Positions 12,779-26,029 of a stretch of 64,000 nucleotides of DNA are shown piece by piece. Position numbers and translations under genes: made by a program. Each line of letters begins with the position of its first letter. Position 1 is the stretch's first letter. The DNA comes from Eledone cirrhosa (Eukaryota), in assembly GCA_964016885.1 (NCBI GenBank), contig OZ024743.1, positions 310,806,001 to 310,870,000 of the forward strand. The letters run 5' to 3'. The notes beneath the pieces are model-generated. The model saw nothing but the letters and a program-made list of their open reading frames with translations. It had not been told where the DNA came from and searched no databases.

Positions 12779-13120
12779 TGGAGCTACAGATCAGGTGTAT
12801 AACAGAATACTGGTGTGTATAGAAAAGAAGAGATCTTTTCTAGCAGGTGTTAACATCTTAGGCTCCCAGGTTGCATGTTGCATTGTTCTTGGAGGCGAAG
12901 GATTATTAAAAAGGAATCATCTCAAGCTAAGGTCGCAGGTGTTACCACTTTAAATCAGGAGGCGAGAGAGAGATATCGTGGTGACCTGTTCCTTTTATAG
13001 GAGGTGACCGGAAGTGACCAACAGGGAGTCTGTCAATCCCAAAGGGAAGCAACTCCAGCTATTGCCTGTCTAGAGAGCGGTGATGAGATTGTCATGACAA
13101 GGGAGGCAACTCTTGCTACA
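12779..13120 (-). repeat. LTR (about 342 bp) of a Ty3/gypsy element
   Basis: On the minus strand it reads TGTAGC...GCTCCA. It is preceded by purine-rich GGGAGATAA (PPT). 12872-13120 is a direct repeat of 14118-14368. Confidence 0.8.
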
Positions 13121-13518
13121 TTATCTCCCGTCAGATTTTTAAAACATAAAAATCGAAAGAAGTATGCATGGAGTAAGATGGCGAGCATGTAAGAGGCATG
13201 AAAATTATGATACAATGTAATAAAAGTAAGAGTGAATGTAACAAGGAGACATGGTGTGTGTGTATAATATTTAATAAACAATTTGTGAATATTTAGAACA
13301 GTATAGATAACATGTCAATGAATAGATGAAAGAATGAAGCAAAGTTATTCGTTACCGTTTTGATTGCCATGGCGAACGCAGATGGCAGAAGACGCCTACG
13401 CCTGGCTAATGCCAGGCGCCAGACAGGTAAAATGAGAGGTACATTGTAATACAATAAATCAATAAATAACAAGAACAGCAAAAAAAATATATATATATAT
13501 AAAGCTCCAATGGCCAGT

Positions 13519-14030
13519 TCACATAAAAATAGTTTGGCAGAACTTTTTGGGCCAGTGGACTCTCCGACCGGAACGGGTCATAGTCTTGTATGTAGGTGAA
13601 GGTGGGGCAGAAGGAGCAGGTGTATGCACAAGAGAGAAAGATTGGGGTATTTGTGGCTCGGGTGTATGAGCGTCATTGTGTGCCCTTTTCAGTCTATCCA
13701 CCGAAATTGTCTCTCTGGACCCCTTAACGTCTATAGTGAAATGTTTGTCGGTACGTGCTAACACACGGTAGGGTCCAGAGTATGGTTGTGTGAGGGGTGG
13801 CCTCACAGCATCGTTCCTTACGAACACATGGGTCCACGAGGCAATATCCCGCGGGACCGCAGGTTTTACAGATTTCTTCCTCGTATCCATCAGCGGCAGG
13901 TCCTGAAAATAAGAACGCAGACGGGATACGTAGGAAAGCGGATCTTGGAAAGCAAGATCAACAGGAGCAATGATTTGCCCAGGCAACGCTAGAGGAGCAC
14001 CGTAAAATAATTCGGCCGGGAGAACCCAAG
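13519..14030 (-). pseudogene. Ty3/gypsy integrase C-terminal fragment (GPY/F module)
   Basis: PAELFYGAPLALPGQ...THVFVRNDAVRPPLTQPYSGPYRV...TISVDRLKRA...TRSGRRVHWP. The DDE core and the rest of pol are absent. Confidence 0.88.
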
Positions 14031-14117
14031 GTCCTCCTTTATTGATGACCGAATTACTAATAACACAATAGGAAGGTACTCGCTCCAACGTTGAGAGTCT
14101 GGATAGGCGCGAAGAGC

Positions 14118-14368
14118 TGCATGTTGCATTGTTCTTGGTGGCGAAGTATTATCAAAAAGGAATCATCTCAATCTAAGGTCGCAGGTGTTACCACTTCGGA
14201 ATTCAGGAGGCGAGAGAGAGATATCGTGGTTACCTGTTCCTTTTATAGGAGGTGACCGGAAGTGACCAACAGGGAGTCTGTCAATCCCAAAGGGAAGCAA
14301 CTCCAGCTACTTCCTGTCTAGAGGGCAGTGATGAGATTGTCATGACAAGGGAGGCAACTCTTGCTACA
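14118..14368 (-). repeat. Truncated second LTR copy
   Basis: High-identity direct repeat of 12872-13120. It starts TGTAGC on the minus strand and lacks the distal ~90 bp. Confidence 0.85.
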
Positions 14369-15089
14369 GGTGGATCGTAAATAAGGCAGATTTATTTTAC
14401 GAAGGAGAGATTTTTTTTTTCGTTGTACTAGTCCATACGAATAGAAGATAATATACCAGCAAGAACTGCAATGCCAAGGTTTCCAGCTCATGGGAAAAGA
14501 TCAAAAGATAGACAAAGGAAGACCTGGAGATCCACCTTGAAAGATAACCTGCGCGGATGTGACACAAACTAGTTTCAAGCACCAACCCTTGGCAGAGACA
14601 GAAAAGGGTGGAAGAGGAGAGTGGCCCGTTGCCGTGCGGCTGAAGGAACCATCAACTGGGAAGAAATGAGTTGCAGGGTCACTGGTGCCAAATTGTGTCG
14701 GCCTTTTCTTTGGTTAACATCGGTAGAGTTGAAAACGAAGGGAGACAGTCTTGCATAGAGGACAGCCTATCATCTATACCCCCACCTTGCCCAGGTTTAG
14801 AATTTGAGAGAACATTTGCATGAGTAAACCCATGGCCAGGCATGACCGAATGGGTCCATCGTTGTAAAAAGAATTCTTATTAAATATCAGAAATCTACAG
14901 CAAAGTTTATAAGAATTAAAATTAGATTCTATATCCTTCAACGTTCACTAACACGGTACCTCAACTTTTCTTGGTTTAATTAACTGTCAGTCAATTTTGA
15001 TTTAATATACTGAAAAGCATTGTGAATGAGAGTTAATAGTTAATTAACTACTTATGTATATATGTATAATATGTATATGTATATGTATA

Positions 15090-16140
15090 CATAGATATAT
15101 GATATAATATATAGGTTAGAACGCCTAGCGAAGAGGGTGGTTTACGTAAACTTAAGGACGATAAGAATATCTTCATGATGTACTTGACATAGAGTCTCAT
15201 TAAACCTGCCAGGACAGAATTAGGCCTAATCAGTAAGAATCTACTTAGAAAGTTGAATAGGAATGTTAATAAACAATGTAAGCTTACCAATGGGGAAATA
15301 GCCAAGCGGTGCTAGATTAGTTTAACTCCCTTTAGCATACGGATAGAGCCAGATTCCCCCATTTAAATATCGTGGAATTCCGTCGATATCCAGTGAGTGG
15401 CTCAATAAGTAGATTTATCAATATACATGACTTGGTAATATCACACCTGCGTAATACCCCCTCTTCAACAAGGTGGTGGCTGTAAATCCGATACAAACGA
15501 CAGCTTTGATATTCCTATGGGATCGTTTCACAGTGAGAGTATTTGCGATTTAGTGAAGCATTTTTCCGGGATAACTTACTCACGAAATACCCAGATTTCC
15601 AGATGGGTTTATACTATGACGATGGTCTGACCCTTACGAGCTATAAAAATGGCCACAACCTCTACACCTTCAGGAAAGTTTTCATCCCTAAGTTTAGGGA
15701 ACTAAGGCAAAAGATCACCGTATCCACCAACCTCACTAGTGTTGATTTCTTAGACTCCAACTTATACCTATGTACACACCCCAATAAACCCTTCTATAAG
15801 TTTAGCGCAAACATTAAATTCATACACAAGAACTCCTGCCACGCCCCTATAGTCATCAAAAATATGGTTAAGAATATTAGTAATCGGATTTCTAACCTCT
15901 CTTCCAGCCAAGACGTTTTCGATAGGGCAGCTTCCTACAATCTTGCGCAATGGTCGCTTTTCAGAGAATATTTCCTACACTTGAGGTCCCTCCCTAAATA
16001 CTAATAGGAAATCAGAAAAGAAGAATAAGTAAAAATCTAGCTACCTCCTCCCTTTTCGCTAAATGTCAAAACTAATGTCACAAGCAAGCTTTTAGCCTCC
16101 ATAAATACAAACTTTCCCCTCGGACACAAATACCACAAGA
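15090..16140 (+). pseudogene. Degenerate PLE RT fragment, related to 3678-6140
   Basis: FDIPMGS, GLYYDDGL, VDFLDSNL, NISNRISNLSSSQDVFD and NFPLGHKYHKI motifs, with stops and frameshifts. Confidence 0.82.
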
Positions 16141-16258
16141 TCTATACATATATACACACTTATATATACATACATAAATATACATATATTTATAATTATG
16201 TATACCAGTATTTATACATATATATATATATATATATTTGACGAAAGTCGATCGACTG

Positions 16259-16330
<72 letters not shown>

Positions 16331-16334
16331 CGGA

Positions 16335-17470
16335 CACATCACAACAAACAGCAAAATGAAATCAATGCACTACTAAAAGATTGCGTAACACCAACGGTAT
16401 TATAGTAAAGGCAGACAAAACATCAAACCTAGAGATGTGTAATGAACACGCGAACTACTACAACATAGCTTTACTTAAGGCAGGCCACAAAGAGAGGCTC
16501 AAATAAATACTAGATATAAAAAACAACACACTTAACAACAATAACACTACCCACTCATATAGAAATAACAAATCTAGGACTAAACATAGAAATAGACAAC
16601 GAGCACCAGAAATAAATGAACCGAATACTAATATAAGGACCTCTAGAAACTATAGAGGATCAAGAGATAGGAAATACTTATGGTTCAATCCAATATTTAA
16701 CTCCTCTATAAAAACCAAACTACCTTCTACATTCTTTAAATTAATTGACAGGCACTTCCCTAAACTTCACAAATACCATAAAATCTGTAAGAGAAATACT
16801 ATCAAACTATGTTTCTCTACTGCAACCAACACAGAATCACACATACATAAAATTAACTATAAAAGAATCTCTAATGCAAATAACCTACAAACAAACACCA
16901 TAACAACAAATGCAAAACACAAACAAATAACAACATCACAACCACACACACACGACAAAACGCATCACAACAAAACATCCACAAACCCAAATTTCAGCTC
17001 ATACATAACAATATACAAAACCGCATCGTTGAAAGCCTCAAAATGTAACTCTCACTTACCGGATAAATTCCCACTACAAAATATATGCCTGGAGTTAAAT
17101 ATAGTGTACCTGTGTACTATAAATTCAGGCAACTTACCATGGCACTACATAGGTTCTACGGCGGGGGAGTTCAAAAAAAGAAGGTACGTCCACAGACACT
17201 CTATAAAGAACCGTAGGCTAATGAACACAACAACGCTCCCCAATAAAATCTGGCAGCTTAAAGATACAAACCAAGAATATGGATTAGGTGGTCGAAATTG
17301 CCAGGGGTAAAGGCCTACAGAAATGGATTATCCCACTGCGGACTTTGAAATATGGAGTTGCTTCATATTTTAAAATATGACAAAATGCTGCTCAACAGCA
17401 AAATTGAACTGTCAATTTTCTGAAGGCACAAAGCAGCTACTAAATTCGCTAATTTCAAACCAACTTGATT
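16335..17470 (+). pseudogene. Degenerate PLE RT C-terminus plus GIY-YIG fragment
   Basis: KADKTSN, WFNPIFN, HFPKLHKYHKI, NIVYLC...YIGSTAGEFKKR, TTLPNKIWQLK and LLNSKIEL motifs, interrupted by stops. Confidence 0.82.
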
Positions 17471-17507
17471 CGACCAAACAATTCCATAATTCAAAATGTA
17501 CCACCTG

Positions 17508-17698
17508 AGGCGGTTGATTGGCAGTATCGGTAGAGGGTCGGACGCCATGCTTTGACGTATAGTGTTACAGCCCTTGCCATTCTGAGTTCAAATCCCGCCG
17601 AGGTTAACTTTGTCTTTCATCCTTACGGGGTCGATAAAATAAAGTACCAGCAATGCACTGAGTAATTGCTGGCCTTGTGCCAAAAAGTAGAAACAATT
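17508..17698 (+). mobile_element. tRNA-derived SINE, full length
   Basis: A box TGGCAGTATCGG, B box GAGTTCAAATCC, and the conserved central domain and tail. Confidence 0.92.
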
Positions 17699-18040
17699 AT
17701 TGTTATTATTAACTGTCAATAAATCAACTAATCAATGAATCAACATCATAACCTCCTAACTTTTCTCTCTTTCCCTAAATATATTTCACTTCTTACATTA
17801 TATCCTATCGTATTCTCTTCACTTCTAACATAACTTCCAATTTATTAATTTATTAATTTAACCAATACATATATGTATATATTTAATATGTTCATGTTTA
17901 TACCATCACATCTTTATATTTTAACCACCAACACCACAACTATTTTCAACAATCATATTATGTTCACTTTTCTTCGCACATAAATGTTTTAATTTTTTTT
18001 ATCATCTTCATTATAACTTATTTATTATTATTTATCTATT

Positions 18041-18165
18041 ATTTTTCTTTTTCTTTTTCTTTTTCTTTTTCTTTTTCTTTTTCTTTTTCTTTTTCTTTTT
18101 CTTTTTCTTTTTCTTTTTTCTTTCTTTTTCTCTCTATCTTTTTCTTTTTTTCTCTTTTTCTTTCT
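18041..18165. repeat. (TTTTTC)n polypyrimidine tract
   Basis: Direct observation. Confidence 0.9.
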
Positions 18166-18538
18166 TTATTACTGATGCTGGAATTTGAATTATACACACA
18201 AACGCGTGTATAATTTTAATCAGCTTTTCTGATGATTTGGTTAAGCATACATTGTATTTAAAATTGAGTGAAACAACTTCAAGTGATTAGCAATTTTTAG
18301 ACAACTTAATCAATAACACAATTGTTAATACTGTAAATAAAACCTTTTTTGTACTGTTGACCATGTTATTCTTCACTCTGTCACCAAGATAAACTTGCAT
18401 AGGAATTCCCGAGAACTCACAAATTCGCTGCCTAAACAAACCTCTTGTTGAGTCAAACAACGCAGTACGTTAAAACTATCCACAATACGGAGTATTCACA
18501 ACCTCTAACTGGATTACCTATAACGATAATTTTTTATC

Positions 18539-18601
<63 letters not shown>

Positions 18602-18625
18602 AACACACACACATATATCTATCTA

Positions 18626-18971
18626 TCTAGGGCGGGTAAAATTCTCTCCAGCGGTGTCTGTCCCTCATTATCGCTGCCATGTACTGCGTCTCCAAGAGAC
18701 CAGTGTCTGTCCTAGGGCATCAACATATTTTAACCTCGGTCTTCCTCTTCCACTGTGTCCATGCAGGGGCTTCCACAGGAGCACTGAGCGCAGTGTCAAC
18801 TCTGGATGTCGGTGAGCATGTCCAGCTAACCTCAGTCTCCTCTGTGTCACATTTGAGCTGACTTCTTCAGCTCTGAGTCCTTCATTCTCAGTGTATAATA
18901 CCATCATCAGCATTCTCGTATAGCACCCATCCACCATCCGGGTGAGTTTCTTGGTCGGTGTCCCAGTCTCA

Positions 18972-18975
<4 letters not shown>
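18626..18975 (-). mobile_element. RTE-like LINE 3' fragment
   Basis: DGCYTRML...RRLRLAGHAHRHPEL...LLWKPLHG..GRGRPRLKYVDAL. It has the same 3' end (ttttacccgccctagat) as 39665-39962. Confidence 0.78.
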
Positions 18976-19003
<28 letters not shown>

Positions 19004-19449
19004 CGTACATACATACATACGTACGTACATACATACATACATACACACATACATACATCTTCAGATAGATGACAGTAAAGAATACTGGTGGAACCTGAAA
19101 ATAAAAACTCAATATATATATTGAGTGAGTGTGAAAGACCAAAGGTCATTATTGAAAGTCACTGATGACAGCTAATATGCTAGAAACTAGTTCATTGTTC
19201 CTTTGTCAGTGTTGAACAAAATGGTAACGATGGTTGCTGAACACTGTACGGCTAATAATTAGGGTTGTTTGTTTACAAACAAACCGAGCATTATAATAAA
19301 TGTTCGGTAAACCCATACGTACATATATATGTGTGTGCATGTATGTATTTATATACATACTACTGTACGTCTGTATACATTTACGTATGTACGTATACAT
19401 ACTTATATGTATATATAATTATATTTATATATATATTTATATATATATG

Positions 19450-19515
<66 letters not shown>

Positions 19516-19518
<3 letters not shown>

Positions 19519-20260
19519 TGTTATACTTGGGGAGGGTCATATTTGTGTAATATATAGTAATATAAAGTAGGAGGCCCAGTTCGTCTGTGTCGACGTAGCA
19601 GAACTCCACCTCACTCTCAATGATCATCTCCACACATTTTTCCACAGCAAAATTAATGTTAATGGATGGGTACAGTGATACCACATCCATACTGCCTATT
19701 ATGCAGTTGGATAGGTTCCTGTTTTTCTTGCACTCAATGATTCTGCTGAGGAGGTCCTCTGTACTATCACATACATCTGGGGACATCTTGATTATGGGGC
19801 GTATAACCATTGAGAGGAAGTAGGAGATCCTGTAGTTGCTAGCTATAATTGCTCCGCATACATATCTTGTTGGTGTTCCTGTTGTCGGGTCGTCGACTGT
19901 CTTGTGGACTTTGCGAAGCCCATACAAGGGTGGTATGCCATTGTTGGATGCCTGGAAGTTCTTGGCAGTGCATCTGCTTGTCTTTAGGATGTCAGTCCAC
20001 ACCATCATGTGAGCGTTGAAGATTTTCTCTCTCCCATCATGTATTTGCTGTGCAACACTGTCGATGTTGCAGATGTGCAACGAAAGAACTTTGATAGACT
20101 ATATATATGTGTTTGTGTGTATATTGTATCTGTATTTTTTACCGTTGGTCAGTCAATGGCAACATTGAGGACTGAATAAATTAAATTAACCGATATGAAA
20201 GACGCAGAAGCGAAAACCAACCAAACAGTGAGTGTGTTCTGTTATTAATTCTGGAAATAT
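19516..20260 (-). mobile_element. Internally deleted and rearranged copy of the PLE family at 1-2209
   Basis: 19560-20053 is a close copy of the RT at 1-437 and beyond. 20118-20260 matches 2028-2173. 19516-19553 is the reverse complement of 2171-2208. Confidence 0.85.
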
Positions 20261-20316
20261 ATTTAGAGAATCTTATTTTCTTTTTTTCTTTTTTAAACCA
20301 TTAAAGTGAGATTATT

Positions 20317-20503
20317 GGCGGTGGATTGGCAGTATCGGTAAAGAGTCGGACGCCATGCTTTCCAGCATAGTTACGTCCCTTTACGATCTGAGTTCAAATC
20401 CCGCCGAGGTTTACTTTGCCTTTCTTCCTTACGAGGTTGATAAAATAAAGTACCAGTAATGCACTGGATAATTGCTGGCCTTGTGCCTAAAGTAGAAACA
20501 ATT
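20317..20503 (+). mobile_element. tRNA-derived SINE, full length
   Basis: A and B boxes plus the family body. Confidence 0.92.
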
Positions 20504-21002
20504 ATTGGAAAAGGGAAAACAATTTCTTTTTAAAAACGGAATTTTATGAAATATATATAATATAACCGGTTTCGATGTAATCCATCTTATCAAATATTTA
20601 TAATTAAGATTTTTAAAACAATCAAGATTAAAAATTAAAAATTAAAAATTAAGTGTCGAAAAAGGTCTGTTTATATTTGTGTTGACAGGAAGACTGGGTC
20701 ACTTAGAATAAGTAGTTTATGTATATATACCCACTATGTAAGTAATAGTAGTAGTAATAATCGTGTCGTTACACAGATCAAAGGTGTTTGTAGGGGAAGG
20801 ACTTTTTCTATGTGTGTATGTCTGTGTGTGTCTATTGTGTTAAGAAAGTGGGCAGGAGTTCAGTGGAGTTGGAGAAAATGTAAGCTAGGGATAATTGCTT
20901 GTGGAATGGTGGGGAGAATGATTCTACTTTAGGAATTTGTTTTGAGAAAGTATGTGCTGTGTGTGTACGTGTGAGTGTGCGTGTATATATATAATATGTG
21001 TA

Positions 21003-21067
<65 letters not shown>

Positions 21068-21165
21068 CTGTGAGTGTGATTTTGTGAATGTGACGAGATC
21101 AAACTTTGTCAGAGAAATAGTTTTAAGAAAAAAAAGTATGTATATATATTTCTTAATTTGTAGTA

Positions 21166-21252
<87 letters not shown>

Positions 21253-21358
21253 CATATGTGTGTATGAGTGAAAATGTAGCTACGCAAGGGGAATTTTCTT
21301 GTGTTTACGTGTAGGATTTGTTGGCGATGGATGGTCACTCTTTTGCACGATTACACAC

Positions 21359-21433
<75 letters not shown>

Positions 21434-22695
21434 TATGTGTGTGTGTGTGTGTTTGTTTGTTTGTGTGTGTGTGTGTATGTGTGTGTCTGTGTGTATTTGT
21501 GTGTGCGCGCGTATGTATGTATATATGTATATATATATACCTTAACGTGTATGCATGTGTATGCCTTATGGAATATGTCTTGCCTCGTTCTTATACTTTT
21601 ATTTTAATAATTTGCAGTACTGAGTTGTTTTAATCTCGTTATAATTATGTTCATTTTACCCCTCCATTATAACTTGTCCTTTAACAGCTGGTATTCTCCT
21701 GTACGAAGGTGGTGAATTGGTAAAACTGACAGCACGTAAGGTAAAATGATTTGCGATATTCATTTTGGCTCTCACTGCATTAAGTTTGAATCACGCCAAT
21801 GTCACCTTTGTCATTCATGAGATCAATATGTAAAGTGCCAGTCTATTAGTGAATTCGATTCTTCTTCGATATATATTTTTCACTTTCTCTTGGAGAAATT
21901 GACTTTAAACCTGATCAGAGATGGGATCCGCCATCTTTAAAAGCCCTACGAATCCATGAATCAGGAATGGCCAGGAGATAAATAGATCCTTCCGCCATCT
22001 TAAATCTTCTATACACTTTATGACGCTGCACAACCGAATGGATAAGGACTTTACTTTGACATTATTAGATCCCTGTTTCAATCCTACTCTCTAGTGTCTC
22101 CGATAAGCCTTTGTGATACACGCTATATCAGCTAATTATCCTTATGCGGTTTTCCTTCTATATTTAAATTTGATCCCATATATTAGATTATTTTCTTAGA
22201 TCCGGTAATATTTGAGGGAGTTGTAGGGGTACTGTATTGATATACGGCGTCTCTAGGGCATCTTACAAACCTGGTGGACCCCATCCAGGTCTGAACACAG
22301 CAGATTTCCTCCAGTGAAGGAGAGAGAGTTAGAAAATGGAAGTGAGTAAGAGACACAGAGGAGAAATCGATTTCAGTACAGACTGGTGCTATTTGTATCA
22401 ACCTCGAATGGATAAAAGGCAAAGTTGCCCTTGGTGGGTTTTAAAATCGGTGAGCACAGTGCCGGAAAGAATTCCGCAGAGCATTACATCCAACGTTCTA
22501 ACAGCTCTGTCAATTCACCTCCCCTAGCTTGGAATAATTTCAAAGAAATGCTAAAGCACAATGCTGAAATCTGAATTATATAAAATAATCAACTCTTTCT
22601 ATATTATATTAAATGTATGGATATTTCTTCATTTGTTTAACAAGGACATCTCGGGAAGAACCAGGCGATTGTCACGAATTATCTATTTAATAAAT

Positions 22696-22885
22696 AATTG
22701 TTTCTACATTTGGCACAAGGCCAGCAATTACCCAGTACATTACTGGTACTTTATTTTATCTACCCCGTAAGGATGAAAGGTAAAGTTAACCTCGGCGGGA
22801 TTTGAACTCAGAATGGCAAGTGCCGTAACTCCATGCGTCAAAGCTTGGCGTCCGACCTTCTACCGATACTGCCAATCCACCGCCC
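22696..22885 (-). mobile_element. tRNA-derived SINE, full length with TSD
   Basis: Reverse complement of the family consensus, with ttaataaataatt on both sides. Confidence 0.92.
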
Positions 22886-22905
22886 TTAATAAATAATTAA
22901 TAACT

Positions 22906-23082
22906 AATTGTTTCTACTTTAGGCACAAGGTCAGCAATTAACCAGTGCATTACTGGTACTTTATTTTATCGACCCCGTAAGGATGAAAGACAAAGTCAAC
23001 CTCGGCGGGATTTGAACTCAGATCGTATAGCGCCGTAACTATGCTGGAAAGCATGGCGTCCGACCCTCTACCGATACTGCCA
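22906..23082 (-). mobile_element. tRNA-derived SINE
   Basis: Reverse complement of the family consensus, adjacent to the previous copy. Confidence 0.92.
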
Positions 23083-23754
23083 GATAAATAATAAATTGTA
23101 AATGCACGAAGCAGATTTTCCCCTATAAGAGCTCAACGCATGCGTATTTCAGAAACGTTGACCAGTTAGGGATAAAACATCGATCGTTCGTTTTTGTTAT
23201 GAACCGTTTCCATTGCACATTTGAAAAAAGTGTGTAGCCCACAAATATCCTGTTGAAATATATTGGGTTAAACGTTATTTTGTTTTGTTTTATTTGTCAT
23301 CCATAGCTCTTTAAATATTTTGCCCGCTTTATATATCTCACAATGCTTCCTATTAACTATACTGCTTTATTTTTATATCGAAGTACTTATTCGTTAGGGT
23401 TTTCAGAAGAAAAAAGAATATTAATTAATATCACAGACGACAATTTTCAGAAAGGTGCTATTTCCTTTTTGCACAAAATTTATCTTATATAGGGTCGTTC
23501 ATAAACTCAAAAGTATACATTGTTCATAAACTGAAAAGTATACATTCATGGAAGTGAAATTCATCCACTCACTTTTTTCACCCGTCACTACAGGCCATGG
23601 GCCCTGCAATACTGATGGAGTCGTAAGTATGCCTTCATGATACAATGTGTGTCATGAGCATTTTTTTATAACCTGGTAGAGCTCATCTCTCTCCAGTTCT
23701 GAGCTCAGAAAAAAGAGGTGAGAAGCAGAGCGAGAGTGAATAAAAAGCAAAGCT

Positions 23755-24850
23755 CAGTACTGTCCGTTATTCATCAACCTCGAAAGGATGAAAGACAAAG
23801 CTAACTTCGGCGAGATTTGAACTCAAAACGCAGATATGAGAAACAAATACAACGGAGCATTCTATCTGACGTTCTAATGATTCTTCTAATTCACCGCCTC
23901 CTTGTAACAGAACATAGTAACCTCTTCAACGTATAAACCTATTATCCTACTGTTTATTATTTATTCTTGTATTAGACCTTGCTTTACGGTATAGATTTAT
24001 GGCACTTTACGTTCTGAGATCAAACCCCGTTGAGATTCGCTTTATATTTCATCCTTACGGAGTCTATGAAATAGAGTAGCAGTAATGAACTGGGGTCTAT
24101 TTAATCAACTTTCCGATTCCCTTCAAATGGCTGGACTCGTGCCAAAAGTAGAAACAGTTATTTATTTTACTCTTAAAGGAAAATGACCGTTACAACTTCA
24201 AACAAAAGTTGTCTGGCTCTACTTTTTGAGTTCAAGTAACGTAGACGTCAACATTGCTTTTCATCTTTCTGAGATCAATAAAATAATATTCCAATCAAAG
24301 AATTTGATCGATTTAATCGACTTTCCCCTTTCTCCATAATTGCTGGCATTGTGCTAAAATTAGAAACCATTATTCATGTATGACTTCATACCATGTTGTA
24401 AATAGTGTCTGCATTGTGATCGTATTTTTATTAAACTTTGTTTTAGGTAAAAAGTCCAATATTTAAGATTAGTTATCGAAATATTATTTAAAATTATACA
24501 GAATAATTTCTAGTTATACATATAGAGAATAATTACTTTATATAGATTTTCCTCCAGAATCTTCCTGTTAATGCTAATTCTATTTGGTGATCCAGAAAAG
24601 GATTTTAGGCGGCGAATTGGCAAGTTTGTTAGAAGAGTGGATATAATGCTTTCTACTATTCGTTCCAGCTCTCTACTATCTCAGATCAAATCTTACCGAT
24701 GTTAACTTTGTATTTCATCCTTTTGGGGTCGATTCTTTCTCACTTTCTCTCTCTCACTCTCTATCATCCACTAGAAGAAATCTGCTGTACTCAGACCTGG
24801 GGAGAGGTTGGGGTCTTCCAGGTTTTAAAATGCCCCACAAACGCCGTATG
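23755..24850. mobile_element. Cluster of four older, diverged SINE copies
   Basis: Degenerate matches at about 23755-23900 (-), 24000-24160 (+), 24215-24370 (+) and 24608-24735 (+). Confidence 0.7.
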
Positions 24851-25941
24851 TTAATACGTCACCCCTACGACTCCCTCTGTAGTTACGGGCCTATGCACAC
24901 ATACATGCAGAACGATTTCAATGTATTTATTAAAGATGAGTAGTGGCACGAACTTCCATTATTTTAAATGATGAGTGTTGCAGTTTGTCGTCCAATGGAA
25001 CAGCGTGCTCGTGATTTTCAAGAACATTAAATGTGATACATTTCGACAAGGCCGGCTTTCAAAATTACTGGGGCAGTTCATCCGATGATGTTCTAAACAG
25101 TTTCCAACTACACAATGTCACTCACAAGACATGACACGACCAGAGGATGTGGTAAATGATAGTTGGACAACATGCCTCGCAGTGGGGTCGACCCCGGGAC
25201 CTAATGATCGTCAATCAAATTTCTATTTTTATATGCCGATGAATAATACAAAAAGGATTACGCGAATGTTTAACATCTTTGGCAAGCCTGTCAGAACTTA
25301 GTTACATGAATCAAAACTTATTGTTACTCTGCTCCTAAACTTTTAGGAGATATTGAAATAGTCTATACCATTCTGTGTTTAACAAACAAATGAAATATGC
25401 AATTTAATAAAGGTCAATTCAAAGTATGCATCGGTTAATACCTTAGGTGGAAAAGTGATTGAATTTTCCTGACTAAATTTGTGTTGAATTATAAACAAAG
25501 GGCTGTGTTATCCTTAAATACAAATCTGATATTGGCTGAAAGCAAACACGAGTCAAAGGAATTTCAAAAATAAATGAAAATATGTTTCCTTAAACTAATT
25601 TAACGATCAAAGACTTAGTATTGTTTACGTTTCTTTAATTGTTTTGTTCTTGTGTTTTTTTCTATTTTTGCATTTTTGTTTCTGTGATCTTGTTTCACCA
25701 CAAGAAAGTCCATTGCTATTATTTGGAATTTTCGTTTTGATTTGAATAAACAAAGGTTGACTTGTATAAACAATCTATTTTATCTTCAACACCGTTATCA
25801 AATTCGTGAATTGAAAATATTTATTGCTTTTATATCATTTCATTTTGTTTTATTGCATTTTTAGATATCCTGTCAAACATGCGTTTGGACAATTTGAAGC
25901 GGATTCCTGAAATCTTTTCAAAATATAATGGGATATTTTCC

Positions 25942-25944
<3 letters not shown>

Positions 25945-26028
<84 letters not shown>
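25945..26028. repeat. (TTA)n microsatellite at the 3' end of R4/Dong copy 1
   Basis: Direct observation. Confidence 0.97.

Positions 26029-26029
<1 letters not shown>

Noticed and set aside
17508-17600. tRNA gene (A and B boxes)
   Set aside because: It is a SINE head with no cloverleaf, continuing into a shared repeat body.
21950-22530. Short ORFs possibly from a recombinase or retroelement
   Set aside because: No convincing motif in any frame.
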